A stretch of 64,000 bases of DNA from Nymphaea colorata (Eukaryota): contig NC_045138.2 of the NCBI RefSeq assembly GCF_008831285.2, positions 8,804,001 to 8,868,000 of the forward strand, read 5' to 3'. The position numbers and the translations under genes are program-made. Under the pieces are notes generated by a model. It was not told the origin of the DNA. It worked only from the letters and a program-made list of their open reading frames with translations, and did no database searches. Shown here one piece after another: positions 51,601 through 62,314 of this stretch (position 1 is the stretch's first letter; the number at the start of each line of letters is the position of its first letter).

Positions 51601-54600
51601 ATTCAAAAGTTTGATCAAGATTTCCAACAAAATCAATTTCAAGAGAAGTTCCATCAGCCGTTTTTACAAATGGATATGAATAATTTTTAGTGCATTCGGT
51701 GAGTAGGGATCTACAAGGAGTCATATGAAAAGATGCACCCGAATCAATAATCCAAGAATACGTATTTGAAGAAGTAGATGCCACGGGAGCCCCCAATGTT
51801 GAAGGTGTGTTTCCTCCCTTAAGTAGAGGTTGAATGGCTTCAATGAGCTTAGGTTGAAGAGCACTTATGAGTTGATCGAGTTGAAAGGAGTTTGATTCTT
51901 TCTTTTCTTCTTGGATGGAAACCGCCACATTACTTCTCTTGTCATAAGTTCTAAGTTTCAGACATTTGGGTTTAGTATGTCATTCTTCTTGACAATGATA
52001 AATAATTCTTCTTCTTGTTCTTTCATTTGCTCGGTTGAAGTGTAGAAGTCTATAAGGCTTCAAGTAGGCCCTCGGCCTAGATGTGGCAAGAACATTGTTG
52101 ACTTTTTCTCTATCAAGACAAAGTCAATTTTCTTCCATTTAAAGTTCCGCAATAGCCTCATTCATGGATGGTGTTTTAGAACAATGGAGCAAAGAGGTTT
52201 TAACACCATCAAATTTGGGTCTAAGGCCTATGTCAAACTTATAAAACTTGTCACGTTGGATTTGCTTTTATCTAAGTATAAGATCTTGTGCATCAACCCA
52301 ATGTGGTTCAAAGATGCTTAATTCATCATACAATTGATCCATTTCAGCTACATAATCTTTAATGGATCTATCTCTTTGTTGAAGATTGTGAACCTTGAGT
52401 TGAATATTATGCATATAAGCAACATCTCTCATGGTATGAGTTTTCTTTAGATATTCCCAAGTCTCTTGGGTAGAATTTAAGTTAGAAATCTACCCACTAG
52501 TAGCATTGTCAACACAAGTCAATATCCATGTGATAATCTTGTGATGACATTCTTCTCATTTCTTATTTATTCAGCCACAACTTTCTCTTTTTCTGTTCCA
52601 TCCAATTCTACAGCCCTTCAAATAACAACTTTTCTTAAGACTAGTTGTGGTTCAATTTTTGTTCCATCAACTAGTCCCCAAAGGCTTTTACTACGAATAA
52701 AATGTTCTATAGTTCTAGCCAGTTACAATTTATGGAGAAGCTTGCTGCCAGGTGAAGAAAGCACCACCACGTGAAGAAAATTACAGCAACAATAGAAAAA
52801 CAATCACAATTCCAGCAGCCATGAAAGCTTGATATGATAAGCTCAAACCCATCACGTAGATCACCTTGAACTCACAAGAAATAATTGCCAAGAACCAGTA
52901 AGAAGAACAGCAACTTGTTGAACCAAACCGCAGCCAGCAATATAATTTTTGACATGTTTTAATGTACGGGTCTGGGTCTAGACCCGGTCCAGTGTGTGCT
53001 CTTGTTTAGGCCTGTTGAGGCTCTACTTATATCTTTGTAACCCTAATTTTTGGGTATGAATGAAAGTTTATGAGAGAGAGTGTCTGGTTGCTAGTGGGCA
53101 CCAGTCCTCCTCACCTGTGGTTTTTTCCCTCTAGTTGAGGGGTTTTCTACGTTACATTTGTGTTCGTTTCTCGTTCCTTCACTTTTACTGTTTCTACACT
53201 AACAAACACTTGGTGTGCTTCACAGTTCCAAAGGGACAATTTGAGCTGATTCTTCAATCTTTGAAAGGCAGCAAGTCAAAGAACCGAAACAAGGCTCTGA
53301 TACCATGTAAATCAGGCCCAAAACTTGAGCTTCCAACAACTTCAATAAGTAACACACAATAAACCTCAACCTTGAGGAAAAGAGAACATATATATTAAAA
53401 CCAAGTGTTTGTTATTGAAGTTGTCAATAATAAAACAAGGGACAACAATCCTTATTTATAGTGTTGCAAGAGAGAGGAGAAGAAGTCGAGAGAGAGAGAG
53501 AAAGAGAGAGAAAACTGCACGAACTATGCCATTAGGCTGCACCCTTCTCACGTTAAATGAGAATTAGGGTAAAAGAAAGAAATTACAAAATCAGTCCAAG
53601 ACTGAAACAACTATTAATAAAAGCTGTTAATACAATTTTTAAATATTCAAAAGACCACCTATTATAAACGTTATTCAACACTCCCCCTCAAGCTGGAGCG
53701 TAGATGTTAATCATGCTCAGCTTGTCACAACATCTAGAGAACTTTGCAATAGGCAAGGCTTTAGTAAAGATATCAGTTGTTTGATCCTTTTAGGCTACAT
53801 GTACAGTGGAGATGATTCCTCCTTGAACCATATCGCGAATATAATGACAATCTACTTCAATGTGTTTTGTCCTCTCATGAAATACAGGATTATTGACAAT
53901 GTAAGTGGCAGCTCTATTATCACAAAACATTTTCATAGGTAAAGAAGTTGGAATACCAAGACTCTCAAGTAGGGATCTAGACCAAGTCATTTTGGCAGCA
54001 GTTTGAGCCATTGCACGATATTCTGACTCTGCACTAGACCTAGAAACAACTCTTTGTTTCTTACTTCTGCAGAAAATGAGATTTCCTCCCACAAACACAC
54101 AAAACCCTGTGGTAGACTTCCTCTCATCAATTGAGCCTGCATAATCTGCATCACTGTAAGCTTCAACATCAAGAGATGTACCTTTTTTGAAGGAAAGGCC
54201 TTTGCCAGGAGAGGACTTTAAATATTTGACAATCAACATAGTTGCATCCCAATGTGATTGTTTTGGTTTTTCCGTGATTTGGCTTAATTTTCCCACAGCA
54301 AAGTTAATATCTGGTCGAGTCACTGTCACATAAAGAAGCTTACCAATCAATGATCATTAGGCTTGTGAAGCTACCTCTTTTGAGTCATCCTCATATAGAT
54401 GTACCCGTGGATTCATAGGAAGAGTTGTTGGTTTAGCTCCTAGCATCCCTGTGTCTTGTAAAAGATCAAGAACATACTTCCTTTGCGACAACACAAGTCC
54501 TTCTTTGCTACGAACAACTTCGATGCCAAGAAAATACCGTAGTTGACCAAGATCTTTGGTAACAAAGTGTTTTTGCAAAAACTTCTTTGTTAGAGCTACC

Positions 54601-57600
54601 TCTTGCTCACATTCACATGTCAAAACAATATCATCAACATACACCACTAGCACAACTGTACCTCTAGGTCCTTTCTTGATGAACAATGAGTGGTCCAGCT
54701 GAGACCTCGTAAAGCCACATTCTAACACCACTTTGGAGAACTTGTGAAACCAAGCACGAGGACTTTGTTTCAATCCATAGATAGCTTTCTTCAACCTGCA
54801 CACCTTACCACACTCCCCCTGACGTTCAAAGCCAGAGGGTTGTTGCATGTAAATAGTCTCATCAAGATCCCCATATAAGAAAACATTTTTGATATCCAAC
54901 TTATATAAGGGCCAATCATAATGCACTGTGACTGACACAAGAAGGCGTATGGTCTCCATTTGAGCTACAGGCGAGAAAGTTTCAAAGAAATCAATACCAT
55001 ACGTTTGTGTATACCCTTTTGCCACAAGACGAGCTTTGTAGCGTTCCACTGAGCCATTGGATAAATACTTTATGGTGAAAACCCATTTGGAACCAACGAC
55101 ATCACAAGACGGAGGATCAACCAAGTCCCACGTCCCTCGTTGCAGTAGAGTCTCCATCTCATCCTGCATAGTTTGCCGCCACTTTTGGTCAAGTAATGCC
55201 TGTTGATGACTAGAAGGAACAGAGTACACTGATAAGGCTGACACGAACTGCTGCAAGCTACCACCAACATTATCAATAGAAACAACATGAGATATGGGAT
55301 GAACGGTACATTGTCATTTGCCTTTGCGAAGAGCTATGGAAAGGTCATCGGCCCCATCATAGCCATGAGTGCTATAATCTAGGCTTTCATGAGAGCTTAC
55401 CTCCTGAGGAGACATTGGTGGAGGAACAGTGGGAGCCTTATGTCGACGGATATAAGTTTGTGGAGGATCCGTGAAACGACTATTGGAGGGAGAAACAGAC
55501 TCAAGGTGAGAAGGCATCGACTCCAGTGGAATGGGAGGAATGGGAAGAGGGAAGGAGACACCTGTTGTGGAGGACAAGAGGAGATGTAGTAAGGTTGAGA
55601 CTCAAAGAAGGTAACATCCGCACTGATAAACTCCTTATGAGTTAAGGGATCAAAACACTTGTAGCCTTTTTGATGGGAGGGATAGCCAATGAAAATACAC
55701 TTGATGGACTGAGCTGCAAGTTTATCCCTATGTGGGCCAAGATCATGAACAAAACAGGTACAACCAAACACCTTTGGAGGAAGGTGAAATAAAGGTCGAT
55801 TGGGAAACATTCTTTGGATGAGAATTTCATTTTGAATAGCTGAGGATGGTAAGCGATTGATCAGGTAACAAGCAGTAAGTATGGCATCTCCCCAAAAACC
55901 CGCAGGGAGATCAAAGTGCAACATAAGAGTACGAGCCATGTCAAGAAGTTGGCGATGTTTCCTCTCAGCAACCCCATTTTGTTGGGATGTGTGAGGACAT
56001 GTAAACTGTGGTCGAATACCATGACTGTTGTAAAATTGCATTAAGTTGGAGGCTTTGAACTCTAAGGCATTATCAGTGCGAATGCATTTGACAGTAAAAG
56101 AAAATTGAGTCTTTATTTCTAGAATGAAATTTTTGAGAATACATATGACATCAAACCTTTATTTCAACAAAAACACCCAACTAACTCTAGAATAATCATA
56201 AACAATGACAAAGTAATAACGAAACTTAGATCTACTAGCAACCCGACTGGGCCCCCATACATCAACATGAATAAGATCAAAGAGACTCTGACTGGATGGA
56301 CTTAAACTTGAAGGAAAACTACTTCGAGTGTGTTTGCCAAGTTGACAAGCTTCACACTCAAAGTTCTTAGACATAGACATATTAGGAAGAACATGACGCA
56401 GCTTCGATGGAGAAGGATGACCCAACCGCAGGTGCCATTGATATGGAGTGGGTTTTTGAGACACAGAAGTAGCTGCAAAATCCATAATGTCGTCAAAAGG
56501 TAGACCCCCCCCCCCCCCCCCCCTTGTTCATGGCCTCCACCAATCATCTTCCCAGTTTGTAAGTCTTGAAATACACAAGAGTTAGGGTCAAACATGACTT
56601 TACATGGCAAACTAGATGTTAGCTGTGACAACAGGTTTGTAGAAACTCTGGAGTGTATAAAACATTTGATAAACATAATAAAGGGGAGATTTTAACATCA
56701 CCACTTCCCATAATGGGAGAGAACCTGCCATCGGCTAATTTAACAAACTGTGGCCAATCAAACTTGGTTAAGGAAGAGAACAAATGCGGCCGGCTACAAA
56801 AATGCCTCGACGCACCAGAATCAATCATCCAAACTGTACCTGGGTCATGTGAAACTGTGGAGAGAGCAGGACCAACAACTCCAAACGATGCAGAGACTGA
56901 TGAGGAAGATGAAGCAGCTCTGCCTTATTCAGGCTAAGAGAGAAAGACTCAGATGTATTTGGATTCTCTCCAATGGCTGCTGCCTGAGCCATTCCCGTAG
57001 AAACTGATGATGAAGTACCTCTGCCTGTGGGAGTCTTAGACCCTCTTCCCTGAGAGCCTCCAGATGGTCGACCATAGATATCCCAGCACCTGTCCACAAG
57101 ATGACCCATTTTCCACAATGGGTACATTGAAACCTGCCACGTCCTCCAAACCCCCTACCTGTGCCTCTTCCTCTAGGGACAAAGGAAGAACTTGACCCAC
57201 GCCCATTAGATGTAGCCAATGCTGATGTGGGTGTGCTACTGACAGACTGAGGTAAAGTAACCGCCAAACGACTTAGCTTGTTATATGCCTCTGCCAAACC
57301 AAGGATATCACTCCCAGTGATCATTTGTGCCTTTGCCACTGAATATTCTGGAGAAAGTCTTGCCAAAAACTTGGAAACCATACTTTGCTCATAATGAGTC
57401 TTATAGCACGACTTACATGGGGGCCGAAGGGATTTTAGTCGCTCAAAAGTGGCCTTGACTGCTGCAAAATATTGAGGCAAACTCATATCACCCTGTTGTA
57501 GTTTGTATAGTTCTTCATCTACCTCGAATACTTTGCTCATATTCATGTCATGTGAATAAGTCTTACATAAAAAATCCCACATCTCCTTAGCAGTAGTGTA

Positions 57601-58985
57601 ATAAGCAATGGTAGGAGAAATAGAAGAGTCCACGCTATTCATGATCTAAGGCATAACCATGCTGTTATCCTCTTCCCACGAAGCATACTTTCCAGTTTTG
57701 ATAACTGGTTCATCTTCCTCAAGTAAATATTTTTTTCGATGTCTAGTGACTGACATCATGAATGACCTCGACCAGATTTCATAATTAAGACCATCCAACT
57801 TAACTGTAGAACCAAATGAGAATGGATTACCTCCAATTTTAAACTCATGAGAGGAATTAGGTTTGAGATTTTCAGCCATTGTAAGTCAGCCCACAAGAGT
57901 TAGTTCAACCGAAGGAGAATATATAGGGCAGAATAATGCTGATAAAAACAAGAACCAGGGTCTCGCGCCACACAGCAAAAAAAATATCTTGTAGATGAGC
58001 AGCAATGTTTCCAAATAATATATATATGACCACAAGATAACAGCCACACCACGACAACCAAAAAGACAGCAGAGATTGCTGTCCACCACAAGATAACAGC
58101 CACACAACGACTACCAAAAACACAGCAGATTGTTGTCCGCCGGATGACAGCCACACCACGACTACCAATAAAAAATCATACTCACGTGTAGATGCGCAGC
58201 ACGTCTTCCCATACAGCAGATTGCTGTCCACCACTGACCAAGACTTCTGCATCAGCATCCACGACTCCTCAACCAGCAGTCCTTCATTTGGCTGATCCAC
58301 CATCTTATGTCCGTCCAGAAGATATTAAACTATGCAGACTCCAAAAGATATTAGTCGATGCAGACTCCCACACAGCTGTGCCATTTTTTTTGTTGATATT
58401 CATGGTTGGAGTCTATTCACGCATATTTCTGTGCGTGGACAGACTCCTTTCCACAGTCCTTGTTGATATTGCCGACCAGACCAGATGAAGGAAGAGAGGG
58501 AGAGGAGAAGAGAAGGAAGAGAGATCGCCGGAGAAGGTCGCTGGAAGTTGGACAGTCGACGGTGGTCACGTCACCCGCTCTGATATCATGTTGCAAGAGA
58601 GAGGAGAAGAAGTCGAGAGAGAGAGAGAAAGAGAGAGAAAATTGCACGAACTATTCCATTAGGCTGCACCCTTCTCACGTTAAATGAGAATTAGGGTAAA
58701 AGAAAGAAATTACAAAATCAGTCCAAGACTGAAACAACTATTAATAAAATCTGTTAATATAACTTTTAAATATTCAAAAGACCAACCTATTATAAATGTT
58801 ATTCAACATATAGAACAAGGAAAGGAAGAGAGAAAGAAGGGAGGTGGCTGTTGGGCCATCTCCAACGGCTAGAATGGTCCAACAGCCAGTTCTCCCCTTT
58901 AATAATAAAAAATGTGAAAACAAATGAAAAGAAAAAGTACAAAAAGAAAGAGAAAATTACAAACACGACCTAGCTACCCTAAACT

Positions 58986-59024
<39 letters not shown>

Positions 59025-59053
59025 AGACATATATTAGCACACACTAATATATG

Positions 59054-59124
<71 letters not shown>

Positions 59125-61347
59125 TAGATAGGAATACATGCATTCTAACACAGACAACAATATACTTTAACATTGACACAACTGAAATACACTCTGGATC
59201 TTTTGATCAAGACAGGCATGACAGGTTCCAAACCTGTTAGTAGTCCTAGTGTATTAAATCACAAGTTGAGCTCAGAGGAAGGGAATCTATATCATAATCC
59301 TAGAAGGTGTTGCAGTATTGTTGGCATGTTACAACATCTTACCTTCGATTGGCCAAATATTGTATATTTTGTGAATCAAGTGTCACAATTTATGCATGCT
59401 CCTAGAAACAATCATATGAATGTTGTTAAACGAATCTTAAGGTATTTGAAAGGCACAATTGGAGATGGCCTTGTCTATTGCAAGAGTGATTCTTCTTGTA
59501 AAAGGCATGAACTAATTACTTACACAGATGCAAACTGAGCATGAGATGCAGATGAGAGGAGATCAGTTTCAGGCTATTGTGTTTTTATTGGAAGAAATCT
59601 CATTACTTGGAGTAGTCGCAAACAAAAGGCCATAGCCCGATCTACTACGGAAGCTAAATATAGGTCTGTGGCAGTAGGGATCGCTGAAGCTACATAGGTG
59701 AGAAATTTACTGGGCAAATTAGGAGAGCCTATTGTGTGACAATCAAAGTGCCATCAGCATAGCTTTTAATCCTATTCCTCGTAGTAGGAGAAATCACATT
59801 GAGATTGATCATCACTTCATTCGTCAAAAGGTTGAGGACAAAGAGATTGAGCCATGTTACATTCGCACCAATAATCAAGTTGTTGATTTGCTTACAAAGG
59901 ATTTAACTAGTCATCAATTTTGGTTTCTCAAGAGCAAGTTGTGCATGATAAAAGGAACATGCTCAACTTGAGGGAGGATGTTAAAGGATTACCAGATGGG
60001 TTTGGATCTTGGTCCAGACCCAAACCCATCAGAAATAGGTGTTTTATTTCTCACGTGCCTTTATGTTTCATTAATGGCATATGAAGTAATTTTGTGTACC
60101 ATTTTAGTTTATTATTCTGGCCTTGTATCAAAGATGAGATAATAAAATTTTAGGGTTGAGACTGCGTGTAGTTATTGCAGTCATCTCCCTTCTCTCATCT
60201 TAGTCTTCTTCTTCCTTATTTTCTGCAAGGGTGAACTGCAGTGAATATCAAGACTGATATATCAAAAAACTGACACCTGTGGAGCAATCAAACTTCTTTA
60301 TTTTAGTAGATCCAAGTCTATGACCCTAATTTAGCTTGCATGAGGGCATTGTTTGGTGCTGTTGTCAGTGAACTTACTGGTGGAATCTATTGCAAAAGGA
60401 TTTAATATGTCCTCCAATATAAAGTTCTTGAATTTTTTCATGTTGAACTTGGATATATAGAATGGAACTTCTGAATTTGCTTCTCCTACTTATACAGTCT
60501 TAGTATAAAAGAGAAACAATTTGCTTCTCCTTAAATAAATATCCTGAAAAAAGTACTTTTCCCTCTATTGAATTTGATTTTACTTTTTTTCCCTACTGTT
60601 CTGAACCTTTTCATTGTCGCCATAAGAATTCCACTTAAGAAACAGCAACGGCTTTGAGTTCAGTCAAGAAAAAGAACTTTAGCATGCATTTGATAACTTC
60701 AGCACTGATCTTCAGTCATTGTGTAGGCAGATCATTTAATGAAAATGAAACTCTCTGGGTTTAACCTTTGTTTGCTAATGTTATATCAGTTTTGAGATGC
60801 AAGTTGGGAGTTCATATTTATGTAGACTTCATGTTGTTTACTTACGATTGAGGCATGGATATCATCCTGGTAAGATCAGGGTTGCGTCAATCTTTAATGC
60901 CATTGATATGGAAAGTTGTATCTTTTTCTGTTTCCATTTCCATTGACCTTAAAATGCTTTGCACGATTGCCGAGTTAAAAGCTGTGATGTTTACATTTTT
61001 GCAATGCCATTATTTTGTCAAACCTGTAACCTAACAAGCACTGTGAGTTATTAACACAGATAGTAGATCCAGCAAAAATTGAAGTGATGGTGGATAAAGT
61101 GTTAGCAGCAAACCCTAAGCAGCTTGAACAATATCGTGGAGGCAAGTCAAAATTGCAAGGTTTTTTTGCTGGTCAGGTGGGTATTCTACGAAAGATGTGG
61201 CACTAGCTGTGTTCTTGAACTTATGTTGATATGGTTCCTGAACTTGTTATTATGTTCCTGTTTCAGGTGATGAAGGAGTCAAAGGGGAAAGCCAACCCTG
61301 CTCTCTTAAACCAGATTCTTTTGGGGAAACTAAATGCCAAAAATTGA
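31538..61347 (+). CDS. gatB: Glutamyl-tRNA(Gln) amidotransferase subunit B, chloroplastic/mitochondrial; 8 exons: 31538-32137, 32852-33061, 34168-34308, 34400-34603, 34688-34885, 35031-35099, 61060-61176, 61267-61347; 539 aa
   Basis: Ser-rich transit peptide, then [127 protein letters not shown]. Exons sum to 1620 nt with no stop seen. Confidence 0.95.
32852..33061 (+). CDS. gatB: gatB exon 2
   Basis: TTCAG|GTGGACCTG ... AAG|GTGAAT; VDLNRAG...FGTK; 210 nt. Confidence 0.95.
33548..33920 (+). repeat. ~173-bp tandem duplication in gatB intron 2
   Basis: TCATC..GAAGCC..AGCAGTTACAT.AGCACCAGTAATGTCATGTCCTTCAACTGACTATG at 33548 and 33721. Confidence 0.88.
34168..34308 (+). CDS. gatB: gatB exon 3 (not in the ORF track)
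   Basis: [32 protein letters not shown]...[16 protein letters not shown]; 141 nt. Confidence 0.95.
34400..34603 (+). CDS. gatB: gatB exon 4
   Basis: [34 protein letters not shown]...ANDDN|GTAACT; 204 nt. Confidence 0.93.
34688..34885 (+). CDS. gatB: gatB exon 5
   Basis: TCAG|GTTGCTGAG; VAEFFDA...AANWIMGD...KIGKE|GTCTGT; 198 nt. Confidence 0.93.
35031..35099 (+). CDS. gatB: gatB exon 6, followed by a GC splice donor
   Basis: [42 protein letters not shown]; 69 nt. Confidence 0.9.
35690..36095 (-). other. Nuclear plastid DNA insertion (NUPT) from the trnD-trnY-trnE region; left boundary approximate
   Basis: Plastid-type trnY and trnE in native order and orientation, about 63 bp apart. Confidence 0.85.
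35882..35965 (-). tRNA. trnY-GUA: Plastid-type tRNA-Tyr(GUA), decayed NUPT copy (probable pseudogene)
   Basis: The - strand reads AGGTCGATGACTGAGCAGTTAATGGGGACAGACTGTAAATTCATTGGTGATATGCCTATGCTGGTTCAAATCCAGCTTGGCCCA: 84 nt, GTA anticodon, several transitions relative to the recalled plastid trnY. Confidence 0.88.
36029..36101 (-). tRNA. trnE-UUC: Plastid-type tRNA-Glu(UUC), decayed NUPT copy with disrupted 5' acceptor strand (pseudogene)
   Basis: The - strand reads ...TCTAGCAGTTCAGGACATCTCTCTTTCAAGGAGGCGGCGGGGTTTCGACTTCCCTTGGGGGTA, with a TTC anticodon. Confidence 0.88.
38389..41436 (-). mobile_element. Element B: ~3.05-kb solo LTR of a Ty3/gypsy (Tekay/Del-like) element inserted in the RT of A
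   Basis: Termini TGTCACACCCCG ... GAGCGTCACA; TSD CAGAT/CATAT (one mismatch); no gag/pol recognised inside. Confidence 0.85.
42041..47098 (-). mobile_element. Copia element C, full length: LTRs 42041-42317 and 46822-47098 (277 bp), PBS, gag-PR-INT-RT-RH with stops and frameshifts
   Basis: Perfect TSD CATAG; TG..CA termini; PBS 46809-46821; [40 protein letters not shown]. Confidence 0.96.
52947..53204 (+). mobile_element. Element G: solo LTR related to the LTR of element A, inserted in the 5' UTR of D
   Basis: GTCTGGTTGCTAGTG..CACCAGT.CCTC..GTGGTTTTTTCCCTCT.GTTGAGGG..TTTTC.ACGTTACAT..GTGTTC matches the reverse complement of 36850-37222; ends CTAACA; no clear TSD. Confidence 0.8.
53462..58808 (-). 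mobile_element. Copia element F, full length: LTRs 53462-53680 and 58589-58808, degenerate gag-pol 53690-57879, inserted inside the 5' LTR of D
   Basis: Perfect TSD TATAG; PBS 58577-58588 (one mismatch); [45 protein letters not shown]. Confidence 0.95.
57965..58245 (-). repeat. ~55-bp tandem repeats in the 5' UTR of element F
   Basis: CAGCCACAC.ACGAC.ACCAAAAA.ACAGCAGA..TTG.TGTCC recurs about three times plus partial copies. Confidence 0.8.
61060..61176 (+). CDS. gatB: gatB exon 7 (not in the ORF track)
   Basis: [60 protein letters not shown]; 117 nt. Confidence 0.93.
61267..61347 (+). CDS. gatB: gatB exon 8 (terminal coding exon)
   Basis: [38 protein letters not shown]; 81 nt. Confidence 0.93.
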   Translation: MMKESKGKANPALLNQILLGKLNAKN

Positions 61348-61411
61348 TGCCTTTCGATGTCCTTCTCATTCGGCTACAAGTTTGCAGCTGGTATGTGTGC
61401 TGAGTAGCAAC

Positions 61412-62314
61412 TGTAAATCAGGCCCAAACTTGAGAATGAAAATGCTTCAAGAGATACACTCTTGAAGATCCCAACAACTTCAATAGATAATACAAAATCA
61501 ATCCTCAAACTTAATATATTAATCTCAAGAGAAGAATACACAAGAGAGGCCAAAAAGCCCTTAAAATAACAAGGGTCCCAAGTGTCCTATTTATAGAGGA
61601 AGTAAAGAAGAAAGGAGGAAGAAAAGAGGAAGAGGAAGTGGCTGTTGGAGCTCCCAACAGCTACTTCCTTTCTAATAAAAAAAGGAAAAGAAAAAAGTTT
61701 AGAAAAAGGCATGAAAAATAAAGAAAAAATAAATACAAAAAGTTACAAAAAGTCCTATGTATACACACATGTATTTATATATACAAATCATACATTAAAC
61801 TGCTAGGAGTTTAAGATATATGATAGTAGATACAAAAACATGTATGTATACTTACATTATAAATTCTAACACCCTCCCTCAAACTTACGGTGTAATCACC
61901 GAAAGTTTGCCAAGAAGAAACTGGAATCTTGCGGAAGCAAGTGCTTTGGTGAAGAAATCTCCAAGTTGATATTCAGAAGGGACAAAAGATAGATCAATTA
62001 TTCGGCTAAGATATTTCTCTTACATAGTGACAATCCATTTCAATATGTTTTGTCCTTTCATGAAAGGTATGATTGCTAGCAATGTAGATGGCACTTTTGT
62101 TGTCGCAGTAGAGCTTGGTGGCTTCATTAAGGTCAATTCCAATGTCCTTCAATAAGATTTTCAACTATACAATCTCCATGGTGGTGGTAGCCATGGCACG
62201 ATACTCTGCTTCAATTGAAGATAAAGAGACTTTATGTTGTTTTTTGCATCTCCATGAAATGAGGGTCACCTAGAAAAACACAAAAACCGATGGTGGAATG
62301 CCTATTATTAGGAT
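61412..62314 (-). mobile_element. Copia element H (D family): 3' LTR 61412-61871, PPT, RNase H; interrupted by element I
   Basis: LTR starts TGTAAATCAGGCCCAAACTTGA and ends TTCTAACA like D; the RNase H tail closely matches D at the nucleotide level (CTCAAACTTACGGTGT.AT.ACCGAAAGTTTGCCAAG). Confidence 0.9.

Larger units (their letters stand above)
48257..59150 (-). mobile_element. Copia element D: 3' LTR 48257-48695, degenerate gag-pol about 48709-52820, PBS 53293-53305, 5' LTR 53306-59150 split by element F
   Basis: Perfect TSD CAGAC (48252-48256 and 59151-59155); both LTRs run TGTAAATCAGGCCC ... [45 protein letters not shown]. Confidence 0.93.
48073..60264 (+). mobile_element. Copia element E, 5'-truncated: RT 48073-48256 continuing at 59151-59970, PPT, 3' LTR about 59979-60264; split by D
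   Basis: [30 protein letters not shown] before D continues as ..[34 protein letters not shown] after D; PPT GAGGGAGGA then TGTT. Confidence 0.88.
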
